DNA of 64,000 nucleotides, taken from Fistulifera solaris. Lineage: Eukaryota. The notes under the pieces are model-generated. The model saw nothing but the letters and a program-made list of their open reading frames with translations. It was not told the origin of the DNA and ran no database searches. Positions 62,319 through 64,000 of this stretch are shown here, piece by piece. Each line of letters begins with the position of its first letter. Position 1 is the stretch's first letter. The position numbers and the translations under genes were made by a program. The stretch spans positions 682,001 through 746,000 of the forward strand of contig AP026124.1 in assembly GCA_030295235.1 (NCBI GenBank), given 5' to 3'.

Positions 62319-62408
62319 TTACGGTACGGTACCGTACCAGTTACGGTACCGTACCGGTACCGGGTACCAGGTCCCTTGTACAGTACAAGTACTACGTACT
62401 TGTAATAC
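62319..62408. repeat. GTAC-rich palindrome cluster
   Basis: Perfect 16-bp palindrome GGTACGGTACCGTACC (62323-62338), more nested GTAC palindromes, and the inverted repeat TACAAGTAC-tac-GTACTTGTA. Confidence 0.75.
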
Positions 62409-62871
62409 GGTGCGCCGAGAGTTCTTCATTATTTCGTGACTGGTGTGCAGTCGTGATGAAGTTCCGCCTGAACCTGCACCGGGGTCTATAGTTTTTACGG
62501 ACAAGAACGATCCGTAAGAATTCTTCGACATACATATCAGGCTGCTGAAGATAGTTTTATGACAGGAAAGACCAGATTAGACGTACCACGCTTGCAGAGC
62601 AAACTTAAGTTACAGGTAGCAGTGGTGGCCCGTTTTTCTTGATGATGATTCATGACTGAAGTCGTGAAAAGGTCGGCTACACTTTGGGTCACCTTGGACA
62701 GTAATGGCTATAGTACGATAAGTGGCAGCCATCGGCCGACGTCGGCTGTCGGCTGCTGAAGACAATCTCTCCCATGACCATGGCGCCTCAGGTTTACCCT
62801 ATCTTGAGTACCACCGAGCCTTTGTTCTGTACCCTATTCAATAACATCTCGGAAAAGAAAATAAAGGAAAT

Positions 62872-64000
62872 ATGACTCGTCGTGTCTCCTATTTTTACGA
62901 TGCCGAGGTCGGCAACTATCATTACGGACAAGGTAAGATTTTGTCTCGCACGGTCGCGCTGTCTTTGGATCTTCGTCCTTGTCGAGCCGTTTCGAAGGTG
63001 TCAGTCTTTTAATCGAATACTTTCCTTTTTCAAAGATTGCTTACTTCTATATGTCTAATGGAAAATTTTCTCACATTAATTGGAAATTAAGGTCACCCCA
63101 TGAAGCCTCACCGCGTCCGCATGACGCACAACCTCGTTGTCAACTATGGATTATACCGCAAAATGGAGGTCTTCCGTCCTCGTCTCGTCTCCCCGACGGC
63201 TTTGACCCGATTCCATTCGGATGACTACATCAACTTTCTACGTGTCATTACTCCCGACAACATGCAAGATTATATGCGCCAGTTGCAACGCTTCAATGTC
63301 GGGGAAGATTGTCCGGTCTTTGATGGTCTCTTTGAGTTCTGCCAGCTTTACACATCGGGATCGATCGGAGGTGCTGCTCGTCTCAATGAAGACCAGGCTG
63401 ATATTGTTATCAACTGGGCCGGAGGACTTCATCACGCAAAAAAGGCCGAAGCTTCTGGATTCTGTTATGTCAACGATTGTGTCTTGGCGATTCTTGAGTT
63501 GCTCAAGAAGCATGAACGCGTTCTCTACATCGACATTGATATCCATCACGGAGATGGAGTTGAAGAAGCTTTTACGCCACCAATCGCGTCATGACGGCGT
63601 CCTTCCACAAGTTTGGCGAGTATTTCCCTGGCACTGGTGACGTCCTCGACAGTGGTTTTGCCGACGGAAAGAATTACGCAATTAATTTCCCTCTCAACGA
63701 TGGAATGGATGATGAAGCGTATAAAAATATCTTTCGTCCGGTTATTGGGAAAATTATGGAAATGTTTGCTCCGGGTGCCGTGGTGTTGCAATGCGGAGCT
63801 GATTCACTTTCCGGTGATCGTCTCGGGTGCTTCAATCTCTCCGTCAAAGGACATGCCGACTGCGTGGAATATGTTCGAAGCTTCAATATCCCCACGTTGG
63901 TTCTAGGTGGAGGTGGATATACTCTTCGTAATGTGCCGCGTTGTTGGACGTATGAAACCTCCATCTTGACGGGTGAATCGGTGAACGACGAGCTCCCCTT
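62872..64000 (+). CDS. RPD3: Class I histone deacetylase (RPD3/HDAC1-like), runs off the window
   Basis: [10 protein letters not shown], intron 62933-63091, [59 protein letters not shown]. Frameshift in the T-run near 63571. Confidence 0.97.

Overview
Eukaryotic nuclear DNA from a gene-dense genome, most likely a pennate diatom (inference from short GT-AG introns, compact head-to-head/tail-to-tail gene packing, a bipartite plastid-targeting presequence and stramenopile-type protein motifs). About 30 protein-coding genes are supported: JMJD6, a NiCoT/UreH-type nickel transporter, UXT, eIF1AD, cactin, a tandem zeta-toxin-like P-loop protein, MTHFR, ataxin-3/UBX, a TBC1D23-like protein, a GT60 GlcNAc transferase, a prokaryote-like DUF protein, V-ATPase subunit e, a TEY MAP kinase, a BLM/Sgs1-like RecQ, a GAF + Cys/His-repeat protein, a PX protein, CSN4, adenylate kinase, ABHD17, PRA1, class I HDAC and several orphans. 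Many genes are split by 1-nt indels in homopolymers, most simply explained as consensus errors. The ORF track's TTG/GTG starts were ignored and ATG starts and introns were re-read by eye. No rRNA, tRNA, CRISPR or intact transposon was found. The main unexplained signal is a degenerate ~52-bp palindromic repeat array at 51.25-52.0 kb. It lies between two convergent gene ends and encloses a ~140-nt segment that folds by hand into a multi-branch RNA on the minus strand. All family assignments come from motif recognition, not database searches.
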